A stretch of 64,000 nt of DNA, taken from positions 2,728,001-2,792,000 of the forward strand of contig CM026547.1 of assembly GCA_014905635.1 (NCBI GenBank). Direction: 5' to 3'. The position numbers were made by a program, and so were the translations under genes. The stretch comes from Scenedesmus sp. PABB004 (Eukaryota). Within the stretch, counting starts at the first letter, position 1. Each line of letters opens with the position of its first letter. Below are positions 37,789 through 52,996 of this stretch, in pieces. The notes below the pieces were generated by a model. It was not told the DNA's origin and searched no databases. It worked only from the letters and a program-made list of their open reading frames with translations.

Positions 37789-40420
37789 ATGGAGGGCGGC
37801 AACGGGCATGCGGGCCCGGTGAGCGGCGCGGCTGGGGGTGGGCGCAGCGCGGGAGCAGCGTGGGATCATCACCCCGCTCGCCGCCCGCCCGCCACCGGCG
37901 CAGGAGGTCGCGCGCCGGGCGAGCAGCAGGGAGGACAGGTGGGGAGCGCGGGGCTCATTCGAGGACCGGCCGCCGCAGCTGGCCTGTGCGGGGCGCCGCG
38001 CGGCGGCCGCCGCTGCTCTGCGCCGGACGCGCCCGCCCCGTCGTCGCCGCAGGGACCGCCGCGACCGGGACCGGCGCAGGAGCAGATCACGGTCGCGGTC
38101 GCGGGACAGGCGGCGCAGGTGCGCGGCGCCCGCCTGCGACGAGCGGCGGCAGCGGCGGCAGCGCGGCGCCCGCGCCGAGCCCGCCGCGCCCGCGCCGCCG
38201 CTGCGCAGGGACGACGACCGCCACAAGTCCAGCAGGCACCGCTCGCGCTCGCGCGAGCGCAGCAGCCGGCGCAGCCGCTCGCGGTCGCGCACGCCGCCGC
38301 GGCGCCCGCGGCGCCGGCCGACGCAGTGGGACGTGCTGCCCGAGGGCGGCATCCCGCTGCCCGGCCTCGGCCTCCCGGGCATGCCGGGCCTGCCGGGCGT
38401 GCCGGGCGTGCCGGGGCTGGGGGCCGCGTTCCCGCCGCCGCCGGGCATGGACCTGCCGGGGCTGCCGGGGGGCATGGCCGCCGCCGCGATGGGCGCGCTG
38501 GGCGGCGCGGCCGGAGCGGCCGCGGCAGGTGCGCGCCGCGCCGCGCCGGCCACGCGGCCGTGCCGCGCCGCGCGCGGCGGGCCCGCTCGCACGCGCGCGC
38601 CTCACGCGCCGCCGGGGGCGCCGCGCCTCAGGCCAGCAGGCGACGCGCTTCGCGCGCCGCCTGTACGTGGGCGGCCTGCCGCCGACGGCGACCGAGCCGA
38701 GCGTGACGAGCTTCTTCAACCACGCGCTCGCGGCCATCGGCGGCAACACCGCGGGCCCAGGCGCGCGCGCCGCCGGGGGCGGCGGCCCGGCGCCGGCCGC
38801 GCCGGCCGCGCCGGCCGCGCCGGCCGCGCCGGCCGCGCCCCTCCTTACCCCGCGCCGCGCGCCGCGCAGGCAACACGGTCGTCAACACCTACTACAACCT
38901 GGAGAAGAACTTTGCGTTCATCGAGTTCAGGACGGGTGCGGCGCGGGGGGCGGGCGGCAGCGCGCGGGGGTGCGGGCGCGTGAGTGGCGACGCGCGCGGC
39001 AGCGCGGCAGCGCGGACGGCGGCGGGGCGCGCAGCCCAGCTGCGCGCGCGCCGGCGCCGTCGCGCGAGCGGTCCGTCCAGCTGCCGCCTGCTCTGCTCCC
39101 CCTCGCTGCCGCCGCCCCCTCGCTGCCGCCGCCTCCTCTGTGTGCCCTCCCCCTTTGCCGCGCTGCCCCCCCCCCCCCCCCCCCCCCGCACCCCTGCTGC
39201 CCCTCGGCGCTTGCCGCCGCGCAGCCGCTGCTGACCGGGCAGCGTGCAGCGCAGCGCGGCCCGCGCCGCCGGCCGCCCCCTCCGCCGCGCGGCGGCGCGA
39301 GGTCGGCGGGCGCGCGCAGCGCGGGGCCGCGTGCAGAGCGCCGCGGCGCGCGCTGGGCCTGCTCGCTCACGCGCCCGCGCCGCCCGCGCCGCCCGCGCCC
39401 GCTGCTGCTGCTGTCGCTGCCGCGCAGTCGAGGAGACGTCCAACGCGCTCGCGCTCGACGGCATCATGTTTGAGGGCGTCAGCGTGCGCGTGCGCCGCCC
39501 GAACGACTACAACTCGGGCCAGGCGACCGGGCTGGGCCCGCAGTTCCCCAGCCCCAACCTCAACCTCGCGGCGATCGGCCTCAGCGGCCCGCCCGCCGCG
39601 ATGCCCGGCCTCGGCGCGATGCCCGGCGCCATGCCCGGCCTCGGCCTGCCCGGCGGCCTGCCGGGCATGGTCGGCGGCCTGCCGGGCGGCGTGGGGCTGC
39701 CGCCGGGGGGCGACGAGCACCGCGTGTTTGTCGGCGGGCTGCCGACGTACCTCAACGAGGAGCAGTGCCGCGAGCTGCTGGGCAGCTTCGGCACGATCGC
39801 GACCTTCACGCTCGTGCGCGACCGCGACACCGCCGCCAGCAAGGGGTGCGCGGCGCCGCGTGCGGGGCCGGCGCGCGCGCAGGCGCGCGGGCGCTGCCGC
39901 GCCGGCCCCCTGACGGCGCGCGCCGGCTCGCCCCGCCGCCCGCTCACCTTCGCGGCCGCGGCCACTCACCTCGGCGCCAGGTACGGCTTTGTCGTGTACG
40001 CCGACCCGGCGGTGACCGACCTCGCGGTCGCGGGGCTCAACGGCATCACCATGGGCGACCAGACGCTCACCGTGCGCCGCGCGGCGCCCGGCGAGGTGCG
40101 TGCGGGCGGGCGCGCCGGGGCGCGCGCGCACGCGCGGGCGCAGCGCCGGCGCCCGCCCAGTCGCGCCCCGGGGCGCCGGCCTGACGCGTGCGCGCGCCGC
40201 CGCGGCCGCCGCCGCCGCGCAGGGCGCTGCCGAGGCGCTGCCGGGGCTGGGCGTGCCTGGGCTGGGCGTGCCGGGGCTGGGCGTGCCGGGGCTGGGCATG
40301 CCGGGCCTGGTCGGCGGCGTGACGCGCATCGTGGTGCTCAAAAACGCGGTGGACCTGGAGGAGCTGAACAACCCGACCGAGTACGAGGAGATCGTGCAGG
40401 ACATGCAGGTCCGCCATGTT

Positions 40421-40468
<48 letters not shown>

Positions 40469-40772
40469 CTGCCTGCTGCCGCCGGCGGCCGCTCACTGCA
40501 GCGCCTGCCGCGCGGCGCCCCCCCCCCCCCCGCAGGACGAGTGCGCCAAGTACGGCACCGTGACCAAGCTGACCATCCCGCGGCCCACGGCGGAGGCGCC
40601 GTCGCCGCAGGGGCTGGGGCTGATCATCATCGAGTACGCCGAGCCCGGCGCGGCGATGCAGGCGCGCAACGCGATGCACGGCCGCAAGTTCAGCGGCAAG
40701 GTCGTGGAGGGCACGTTCCTGTCGGAGACCGACTACGCGTCCGGCAACTTCTTCAGCGGCGTGGCGGCGTGA
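37789..40772 (+). CDS. U2AF65: Splicing factor U2AF large subunit
   Basis: RS domain, RRRPTQWDVLP (ULM), RRM1 ARRLYVGGLP..NFAFIEFRTVEETSNALALDGIMFEG..RRPNDYN, RRM2 RVFVGGLP..SKGYGF, UHM YEEIVQDMQDECAKYG..MHGRKFSG; 8 introns. Confidence 0.95.
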
Positions 40773-41054
40773 GGCGGGCGGCGGCGGCGCGGCGTGTGAC
40801 CGCTCGCCGCGAGCACCCGCGCGGGCCGAGCGGCGGCGGTCGGCTCTCGCGCGGCGCGGCGTGGCGTGCAGGTGCTGCCCGACCTGGCCGCACCTGGCGC
40901 TGGCCCAGGGCTGGCGGGCGCTGTCAAATGCGCACTCGGCCAACCCACGCGCCCGCTCACCTCCCGCATCGCTGCACAGCCGAGCTCGCCGGCGCGCGCG
41001 GCGCTCGCCCCTTTGCAGCGCTGTGCCTGGCCCGCTCACGCCACTCGCGTCAAG

Positions 41055-43834
<2,780 letters not shown>

Positions 43835-44354
43835 GCGGCGGCGGCGGCGCGCGGCCGCCGCCGACGGCCGGCGGCGGCGGGCCCCGCCAGCGCGCGGCGC
43901 GCGCGGGGCGCGCCGGGCAGGATGTGCATCGCAGCGGCGGGCGGGCGGCGGCGCCGCCGGCCCTGCCAGCCCGCCGGCGGGCAGGGGCCCGGCCCCAGGG
44001 TCGAGGGCCGGCGCCGCGCGTGAACCCCCTGCAGTGCTGTGTGGGGCGGCGCTTGAGAGCGTGTGCGTGCCTGGACGGGCGGTAACCGGAGGCTAGCGAG
44101 CGGGCGCTTCCAATTGGTCTCGAGCGCGGCAGCCGAGCGGGCGGCGGCGCTGTTCGAACGCGCGCGCGCGCAGGCCGGGCCGAACAGCCCTCCCGCACGC
44201 GCGGCACTCCGCGTCAGGACCGGAACCGATCGCCCGGGGCGCGCACGACCGGTGGGGCCGCCCTGCCGCCGCACGGCGCGAGCCGCCGCTGCCGCGCCGC
44301 GCCGCGATGCCCGGCCGGCCGCCCGACGCCTGAGCGCTCCTGCGCGGCCTGAAG

Positions 44355-47300
44355 ATGGCGCTTCTGGGCGGGCTGGTGGAGCGCGAGCTGCTGGGCGGCC
44401 GCCGTGAGCAGCAGCGCTGGCGGCGGCGCGCGCGGCGGGCCGTGGGGGGCTGTGGGGGCCCGCCGCAGCCGCCGGCCGGCTGGGTGTGCGGCCCCAGCTC
44501 ACCCTTGACACCCCGCCCGGCCGCAGGCGGCGCGGTGCTGCCGGGCGCGTTTGCGCACGCCTTCACCACGGCAGCGCCGCACGCGGGCGTCATCCGCATC
44601 GACCCCGAGGGCGAGCCCTGCCCGCCCTACGCCATCGCTTACAACCAGGCAGGCGCCGCGCGCGCGACCGCCGCGCGCGCAGCATGCCGGCTGGACGGAG
44701 TCGGCGCGCGCGGCAGCAGCCTTGCGCGGCGGCCGTGCGCGGCGCGGCCTCACGCGGGGCGCGCGTGGCACGCAGGTGGCCAACGGCTGCCGCTTCCTGA
44801 CCGTCGGCGACGAGGAGGGCTGCGTGTCGATTGTCGACACGAGCGCGGAGGCGCTGCCAGAGAGCCTCTACACCGACGCGGCGCGCCCGCCGCGCGCCAA
44901 GTGGGTCGCGCACCACAACACCATCTTCGACATGGCCTGGGCAAAGGCACGCGCGCCCGCGCGCTCGCAGGACAGCTCGCAGGACAGTTCCCGCGCGCGC
45001 GGCGCCGGCGTCCGCGCGCCCGCGCGGCGCGCGCTCACGCCGCGCCCGCGGCGGCGCCCGCGCCCGCGCTGGCTCGTGCGTCCGCAGGGCGACTCGCTGC
45101 TCTACACCGCGTCGGGCGACCAGCACGTGGGCGTGTGGGACACGGCGGCGGGGCGGCTGCGCGCGTACTGCGCGGGCCACGGCGGCAGCGTCAAGGCGGT
45201 CTGCCCGCACGCGACCGCGCCCGACGTGTTTGCCTCGGGTGCGCGCGACGGCGGCATCGTGGTCTGGGACCTGCGCAGCCCCGCGCGCTGGAGCGCGGCG
45301 CGCCGCCGCATGCAGCTCGGCCCCGTGCTGCGAATCGACAGCGCCGCGCCGCCGGGCGAGGCCTGCGGCGCGGCCGCGACGCCCAGCGGCGGTGGCGGCG
45401 GCGGCGGCGGCGGCACGCCCGCCGGCAGGCGGCGCAGCGGCACGCCCGGCGGCGGCCGCGCCGGCGCCGGCGGCGCGGGCCGGCGCAGCGTGACGTCGCT
45501 GCTCTTTGTGCGCAGCGAGCACACCCTGGTCAGCAGCAGTGACGTCGACGGCGTGGTCAAGCTCTGGGACCTGCGCCGCCTCACGTCGCCGACCGGCGGC
45601 ATCGTGCTGCCGCCCGCCTGCGGCGCGCGGCGCGGCGGCGGGCGGGCCGGCGCGCGCGGCGATGACACCGGCACGTGCTGGCTGGGCCTGGCCTGCCCCA
45701 GCCGCAGCAGCAGGCCGGCGGGCATCACAAGCATGGCCCTCTCGCCCGCGGGTACGCGCGGGGCGCCGCGCCCGCCGCGCCCGCTGCGCGCCGCCGCGCC
45801 CCGCGCCCCTTGGCCCCTCCCGGTCTGTGCACACGCGCGTGCCGCACCTCTGCGCCGCCCCCGTGCCCCCATCATCCCGCCAGGCGACATGCTGCTAGTG
45901 AGCTCCATCGACTCAGCGCACTACCTGTACAGCCTGTCCGCGCTCGACGCGCCGCCGCTCGCCACGCTCGTGGGCCACCGCGCCGACAGCTTCTGCGTGA
46001 AGGCGGCGTTCAGCCCCGACGGCCGCCACGTGCTCAGCGGCAGCAGCGACCGCTCCGCGTACGTGTGGAGCGTGGCCGACCCCGGCGCGCCGCCCGTGGC
46101 GCTGCCGGGGCACGCGGGCGAGGTCACCGCGGTCGCGTGGTGCCCCGGCGACGCGTGCCAGCTCGCGACCGCGGCGGACGACGCCACGCTGCGCGTGTGG
46201 GCGCTCGACCGGTCCAACCCGCGCTACGAGCGGCACTATCAGCAGTTCAACGCCCGCGCCCCGCCGCCCGGGGCGCCGCCGCCGGGCCTCTGGGAGCGCC
46301 TGCTCGGCGCCGCCGCCGCGGCGCCGCCCGCCGTGGCGCCGGCGCCGCACGGCGCCGGGGCGGCGAGGCCAGCAGCGCGGCGACGGCTGGCGGGCGGCCA
46401 GGGCCCAGCGCGTGCTCGCCCTCCACCCCGCAGCTGCCCTTCTGGCGCGGCGGCGCGGGGGAGGAGGGCGCTGGCGCGCCGCTCAGCGGCGGCGGCGCGC
46501 CGGCGGCGGCGCGCGGCGGCAGCGGCAGCGCGGCCAGCCCGCTGCCCGCGGCGTGGGCGGGCAGCAGCAGCGCGTCGCGCTCGCGGCAGCCGCAGTCCAC
46601 GCCGCGCCTGCGCCAGCTGCTCATCTCGCAGCAGCTGCGGCCAGCCAGGCCGCTGTCGCCGCTCGCCGCCAGCCCCGAGCAGGAGCAGGAGCAGCCGCCG
46701 CAGCAGGAGCAGCCGCCGCAGCAGGAGCAGCAGCAGCAGCTGGAGCAGCTGGAGCAGCTGGAGTCGCCGCCGTGGCGCGGGCTGGCTGACGCGGGCGCCG
46801 GGGGCGCCAGCCCGGCGGCGCCGCCGGCCGCGCAGCAGCCCGCCGTGCAGCAGCCGAGCGCGTGCCCGGCCACGTTCGAGGCCTGGATGAAGGCCCTGGC
46901 CCCCAGCCCGGCCGCCAGCCCCGCCGACGCGGCGCAGCAGCCGGACCAGGGCCGGGCGCCCAGCGCCGCGCCCGGCAGCAGCTCGCAGGACGGCTCGCGC
47001 CCGCGGTCGGCGGCACGTCCGGGCCAGCTCACCACGCCGCTGCTCGACCTGCCCACGCCGCTGCGCGAGCAGCGCGCGGAGCAGGCGGCCGCGCTGGAGG
47101 AGGAGCGGCTGCTGCAGGCGCAGTTCAGCCGCCTCGCCTGCGGCGCCGCGGCGGGGCCCTGGGACTGCCGGCCGGACGAGGCCGCCGGCGCGCCCTCGGG
47201 CGGCGGCCGCGCGGCGGGCGCCGGGCTGAGCGGGCGCGTGCTGCAGGACGAGTTTGAGGTGTACTGCGACGACGGCGGCGGCGCCGACGCCGGCGCGCGC

Positions 47301-48469
47301 GGCGCGAGCCCCTGCGGCGCGTCGGCGCAGGAGGACCTGTGGGGCGCGCCGCCGCAGGGCGCCGGCGGCGGCGCGGCGGGCGAGCCGGGCGCGGCGCGGG
47401 CGCGGGCGCTGGCGCGGGCGGGCCGGGCAGCCCGGCGGAGCTGGACATGGTCCCCTGCTCGCTGCCGCCCGACGGCTCGCAGGCGCCCGAGCAGCACGCG
47501 CCCGCCAGGCCGGGCGAGGCGCTGCTGGGCGGCGCCGGGCGGCGGCCGCTGGGCGACCTCTCACGCCTGCTGCCCGCGGCGGCGGAGCCCGGCCTGCTGA
47601 GCCCCGGCGGCGCGCCGCTGGGCGCGCGGGGCAGCCCGGCGGTCGCTGGGCACGCGAGCCTCGGGCGCGCGCGCGAGCTGGGCGGGCGCGCCGGCGTGTT
47701 CAGCAGCCCGGTGCGGGCGCTGGACTTGGCCGCGGGCCTGCCGAGCAGCGGCTCGCCGGGGGCCACCGCGTTTGGCGTGCCGTCGGCCGCCGTCGCCGAC
47801 GCGCCACTGCTGCAGATGCTGCAGCACGCGCGCCTGGGCGGGCAGCAGCAGGCGCCGCCGCAGCAGCTGGGTGGCGCGCCGGCGCCGCCGCCGGGCATCG
47901 GCGCGCTGCTGGCCAGCCCGCTGGGGTCGCCGCGCGGCGTGGCGCAGCTGCTGTCGCCGCCGCGGCACTCGCCCGTGCACGTCGGCGCGGCGGGGCGGCG
48001 GCCGAGCCGCCTGGGCGACAAGCAGGTGTCGCCACTCATGTTCAGCAGCCCGGGGCACCACACGCCGCAGCAGCAGCACCTGCGGCAGCTGTGCGGGGGC
48101 CTGCCGGGCGGCGCCAGCCCGGCGGGGACCAGCCCGCCGGGGGCAGGCAGCCGCCTCGGCGTGGCGGCGCTGGCGTACCACTGGCAGCAGCCGGCGGGCG
48201 GCGAGGGCGCGGCGCCGGGGCAGCCGGGCGACGCGGCGCCGGGGCGGCTGGGCGACGCGCCGCCGGGGCAGCCGGGCGACGCGGCGCCGGGGCAGCCGGC
48301 GCCGGCCGTCCCTGCCGTCGGCGCGCGGCCCACGCCGCCGAGCGGGCGCATCAAGCGCTCGAGCGCGGGGCCCGGGAGCAGCCGCAAGAGGCAGTGCACG
48401 CTGGCTGACATGTGGAGCAGCAAGGCCGCGGAGGTCGAGGACGCGGGCAGCAGGTTCAGCGGTTTCTGA
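44355..48469 (+). CDS. CDT2: Denticleless/CDT2 (CRL4 substrate receptor) WD40 protein, with two apparent 1-nt frameshifts in the tail
   Basis: VGDEEGCVSIVDT, WVAHHNTIFDMAW, TASGDQ, GHGGSVK, ASGARDG..WDLR, VKLWDLR, SFCVKAAFSPDG..SGSSD, GHAGEVTAVAW, ATAADDATLRVW; C-terminal PIP-like RKRQCTLADMW; shifts at 46357-46360 and 47387-47389. Confidence 0.85.
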
Positions 48470-48523
48470 GGCGAGCGCGTGTGCCTTGGGTCGGCCGGGT
48501 CGGGTGGGCAAGACTTGCTGACT

Positions 48524-48528
48524 TTACA
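48524..48528 (-). promoter_or_regulatory. TGTAA poly(A) signal for the amine oxidase gene
   Basis: TTACA on the + strand, about 220 nt downstream of the minus-strand stop at 48745. Confidence 0.55.
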
Positions 48529-48694
48529 GCTAGCTGTAGCTAGCGCAGCGCAGGTGGTGCTTGGCTCTGTTCTCTTGGCTCTCCATGTTCTCAGCACGCC
48601 GGCCGCGCGCCGGGGCGGGGCGCGCCCCACCAGAATTGGCGGCGGGGCGGCGCCGCCCGCCGGCGGTGCGGCCAGTGAAAGTTCAGTTCGCGCG

Positions 48695-48699
48695 TGTAA
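48695..48699 (+). promoter_or_regulatory. TGTAA poly(A) signal for CDT2
   Basis: TGTAA about 225 nt downstream of the stop at 48469. Confidence 0.55.
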
Positions 48700-48744
48700 A
48701 ATGACGAGTGCTCGCCCGCTGCAGCGTGCCGAGGGGCGCGCGCG

Positions 48745-50657
48745 TCACAGCCTGCTCGCGGGCCCGAGCGCTGCCAGCACCTCCCGCGCCGCGCGCTCGC
48801 CCGTCTCCAGCGCGGCCTGCATGCAGGGGTTGACAGCCGTGTGCGTGGCCTCGCCCGCAAAGAACAGCGCGCGCCCCACGGGCGCGGCGAGCGCGGCGCG
48901 GTCGCCCGCCTCGGCGCCGAGGCTGGGGAAGGTGTACGCGCCGCCCACCCAGGGCTCGCGGGCCCAGTCAAAGACGTGGGCCTTGACGTACGAGTCGCTC
49001 GCGGGCCGCGGGTCGGCGGGCGTGCCAAAGATCTCGTCCAGCTGGCCCACAAACGCTGCCGCCGCCGCCTCGGGCGCCATGCCCGACAGCGCGTCGGCGC
49101 GGGGGCCCGCGATGAAGCCTGGCGCGCAGCGCGGCGCGGTCGCCGGCGGCGGCGGCGGCGGTGGGCGCGCCGCGCACGCACGGCACGGCGCGGCGCGGCG
49201 CGGCGCGGCGCGGCGCGGCGGTGCGGCACGCACCGACGCACGCGTGGAGGCGCTCGTGGGCGGGGTCTGTCACGGCGTGCCGCGTCATCCAAAACTCGGG
49301 CACGAAGCAGTCGGTGCACACGACGTCGTACAGTCGCTCCGGCCAGAAGCGGCGGCTGAACGCGACGATGACCTGCGGCGCGGACCAGCGCGGCGCGGCG
49401 TGGCGGCCCGGGCCGGCCCGACCCGCCCCGCGCTGCGGCGCGGCGCGGCGTGCGCACCTTTGCGGCGTTGCCCATGCGCAAGCGGCGGATTGCTGCCACC
49501 TTGTCGGCCGGCAGCGGCGGCGTGAAGCCGATCCTGCCCGCCTGCAGCACGGCGAGGCTGGCGGTGATCACGACCGTGCGCGCGCGCAGCGCGAGCCCGC
49601 CCGGCCCGCGCAGCAGCGCGCCGGCCGCGTCGTGCGTGACGCTGGTCACGGGGCAGCCGGTGCGGATGGTGAGGCCCTCCGCGAGGCGCGCCACCAGCGT
49701 GCTCATGCTCTGATCCATGATCAGGTACGACTCGCCAGAGTCCCACCTGCAGCGCGGCACGGCTCAGGGCATCGCGCGGCGCGGCATGGCGGCATGGCGC
49801 CCGCACCCCGTGCCACGCGCCGCGCCGCGCCGCGCCGCGCCGCCCGCGCGGCGCGCGCACCGCTGGCTCTCCACGATCATCTCTCGCAGCCCCAGCTGCC
49901 CGAGGCTGGCGCCAAAGTCGTTGGCATAGCACGCGTCCGCGACCGCGAGCTGCAGCGCCGTCGCGCCCTTGCCGCGCAGCCACTGCTCCACGCTCACGTC
50001 GGCGCCCGGCGGCGGCGGCGGCTCGTCGCACACGTTTTCAAAGAGCTCGTGCAGCTGCGGGGCGCGGCGTTGGTGCGCGGCCCGCCGTCGGCGCGGCGCG
50101 CGCTGGCCGTGCGGCGCGTGGCCAGCTGCCTATCCTCGCCCTCTCGCCGCCCCTCAGCAGCGGTCAGCGCACCTCGTCCACCTCCTTGGCCACGCCCTCG
50201 TTGTCGGTGAGGCGGCGCTGCGCGCCAAAGTACCAGTAGTCGGGCCAGGCCTTCTCGCTCGCGGCCAGCCCGTACCGCGCCATCACCTCCGTCAGCTTGC
50301 TGTGCGCGCCGTGCACGAACTCGGGACCCACCTCGATGGGCCAGCCCGTGAAGCCGTGCAGCTGCGCCGGCGGCGGCGGCCGGGCGGGCCGCGTGGGCGG
50401 CGGGCGGCGGCTGGCTGCGCCCGCTGCCGGCGGCTCGCGGCGCCGGGCGGCCGCGGCGCAGCTCCAGGAGATGGTCGGGGCCGCCGCCGAGCCAAAGCCC
50501 GCCGCACCTGCCGCACGCGCCCGCCGACGTGCTGCTGCGCCTCCAGGACCAGCACATCCGGGTGGGCCGCCCGCAGCGCCTGCGCGGCCTGCAGCCCCGC
50601 GATGCCCGCGCCCACGACGATGCAGGAGCGCACGCGCTCCTCACCCGCCGCGGCCAT
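48745..50657 (-). CDS. Flavin-containing amine oxidase (polyamine oxidase/MAO family), peroxisomal (SRL>)
   Basis: CIVVGAGIAGLQAA..VLEAQQHVGGRV, IEVGPEFVHG, FTPPLPADKVAAI..MGNAAKV, DWAREPWVGGAY, LFFAGEAT..MQAALETGERAA; ends ASRL*; 5 GT-AG introns. Confidence 0.9.
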
Positions 50658-50876
50658 TGCAGCCGCAGGGGCTCCCTGTGCAGCGGCGCGTTCGCGGCCG
50701 CGGCGGCGGCTGCGCTCGCGCTGCGCGCCGGCCTGTGCCTCTGCTGCTGTGGCGAGCTGGCACGGTCCCAGCGCGACTGTGGGGGTCGCCTTCCGCGCGC
50801 CGCCGGGTGTCACCCGTCCGCTCGAGCGCCGCGCGCGGCGGCGGCGCAGCGCGCGCGCCCCTCCCTGGCTTCGGCC

Positions 50877-52540
50877 TCAGTGCAGCGCGCGCACGCCGGC
50901 CGCGGCGGCGGCGCTGCTGCCGGCGCCGCCGGCGCCGGCGTGGCGCGCGGGCGAGCGCTCGCGCGGCGAGTCCAGCAGGCCCTCGCCGCTGCCCGTGCGC
51001 CGGCTGCCCAGCACGACCGCGCGCGCCTGCGCCAGCAGGCCGCCGGGGCTTGACGGCGACCCCACCGCCGCGCCGCCCAGCTCCCGGCTTCTGCTCCTGC
51101 TGCCTAGCGCCGGCTCCGTGCCGGCGGCCGCCCCGCTGCTGCTGGGCGGGGCCGGCCCCGCGCCGTCGCTGGAGCCCGTGCGCCGGCTGCCCAGCACGAC
51201 CGCGCGCGCCTGCGCCAGCAGGCCGCCGCCGGTGGGGCTGACGGGCGAGCTGGCGCCGGGCTCTGGCCGGCCTGCTGCTGCGGGGAGCCCCGGCGCCAGC
51301 GGCGGCGCGGGCTGCTGCCAGCGGCTGGCCACCGTGCCGCCCGCGCGCGCCGTGTCGTCGCTGCCGGCGTGCGACGCGACGCTGGCACCGCTGCTCAGCA
51401 GCGTGGCCGAGTCCTCACGCGGCGCGACCGCCAGCAGGGGCGCAGACGCCGGCTCCAGCTCCTGCAGCCTGCTGTGCTGGGTCGCCGGCGCCCCGGCGCT
51501 GGGCGCGGCGCCGCCGCGGCCGCCAGGCGCTGCGGCTGCGGCGCTGCTGCCGGCGCCCGCGCCGGCGCCGGGCGCCAGGCCGGCGGCCAGCATCGCGCTG
51601 TCCTGCGCCTGCAGCGGCGCGCGGCCGCCCGCCGCCGGGGCCGGACCGCCGGCGCCGGCGCCGCCGCCGCGCGCGCCGCGCCGGCCCCCCGCCGCGGCGC
51701 TGCGCTCGAGGTACTCGCCCGAGCCCGACCCGCTCGCGGCCAGCGAGCTCGCTGAGCTCGCGCTGCCCTCGCGGCGGCGCAGCAGCGCGTCCGAGTCGAC
51801 CTGCTGCTGGTGCATCGCCTGCGTCTGCCAGAACGCCTCGTGCGCCTCCGGCTCGTCGCCAAAGGGGCCCTGCATGCTCGCCGAGTCGCGGCGCCGCAGC
51901 GCGGCGGCGGGCTGCGACGCCGCGAGCGGCGCGCCGGCGCCCGCCGCGCGCGGCGGGCCCTCCTCCTCGCCGCCGCCCGCCATCGCGCTGTCGAAGCTGC
52001 GCCGCCCGCGCGGCCGGGCGCCCCCGCCGCCGCCGCCGCCGCCGCCGCCGTACGAGGGGAGCCGCAGCAGCGCCGAGTCGTCGTCGTCCGACAGCCGGCT
52101 GCGCCGCAGGCCCGCCAGCGGCGACGACAGGCCGCCCGCGCTGCTGCTGGGCGCGCCGCCGGCGCTGGCGGGCGCGCCGAGCTCCTCGCCCGCGGCGCTG
52201 GGCGGCAGCGCGCCACCCGCGCTGCCGGCCTCGTCGCGGTCGTCGTCCAGCGTCATCGCACTGTCCGCGACGCTGCGCGCGTCGACGCTGGGCGGCGCCG
52301 CGTCGGCGGCGTCCGGCAGCAGCACGTGGAAGGCGGCAGCCGCCGGCGGCTGCGCCGCGCGCGCCGCGCCGCCGCCGCCGTCGTCGCTGCTGCTGCCCGG
52401 CCCCGCGCCGCCCCGGCCGGCAGCCGCACGCCAGCGAGCGCCCGCGCCAGCAGCTCCCCGCCACCGTCGCCCTCCGCCTCGGCCGCCGTCGCCGCCGCCG
52501 CTGTCTCCTGCTCGCCGAGGCGCCAGCGCGGGTCCGCCAT
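50877..52540 (-). CDS. Hypothetical low-complexity protein with an internal 18-aa repeat and one apparent frameshift
   Basis: MADPRWRLGEQE.. joins the 52325-50877 frame (..PFGDEPEAHEAFWQTQAMHQQQ..) if one G is added at 52411-52414; coding-like codon pattern; no recognisable domain. Confidence 0.55.
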
Positions 52541-52996
52541 CAGCAGCTGCGGCGGCGCGAGCCGCGAGCGAGGGAGTGGTCGCGCCGGGCCGCTGGTTCT
52601 CCTTTCGACCCGCACGGTCGTCCGCTGGGTCTGGCGGCCAGGCGAGCGGTGCTGTGGTGGGAGCGGCGGCGGTTGCGCAAGCCGCTGCTGCTGCGACGGC
52701 GCGGCCGACGCGGTCTGCAGGGCGGCGCGGCGTTTGTGCGCAGGCGCTCGGCGACCAGCGGGCAGGTGGTCACGCCGCAAAGCGGTGGGGTTTTGAAACA
52801 CCACGGCTTTTGCCGTGCCGGTCAGCAGAGCGCGGCGCGCACGAGCTCGAGCTCCGCAGCCGCGAGGCCGGGCACGTCGGGCGCTGTGTGAAGCGGTCTG
52901 GTCAGGAGCGGCGGCATCAAAGGAAGGAGCAGCGGCGAGCGCCGCGCTGCGCGAGTGCGGCGGCGCTCGCCGAGCGGCCGCGGCCCCCGCGCAGCC

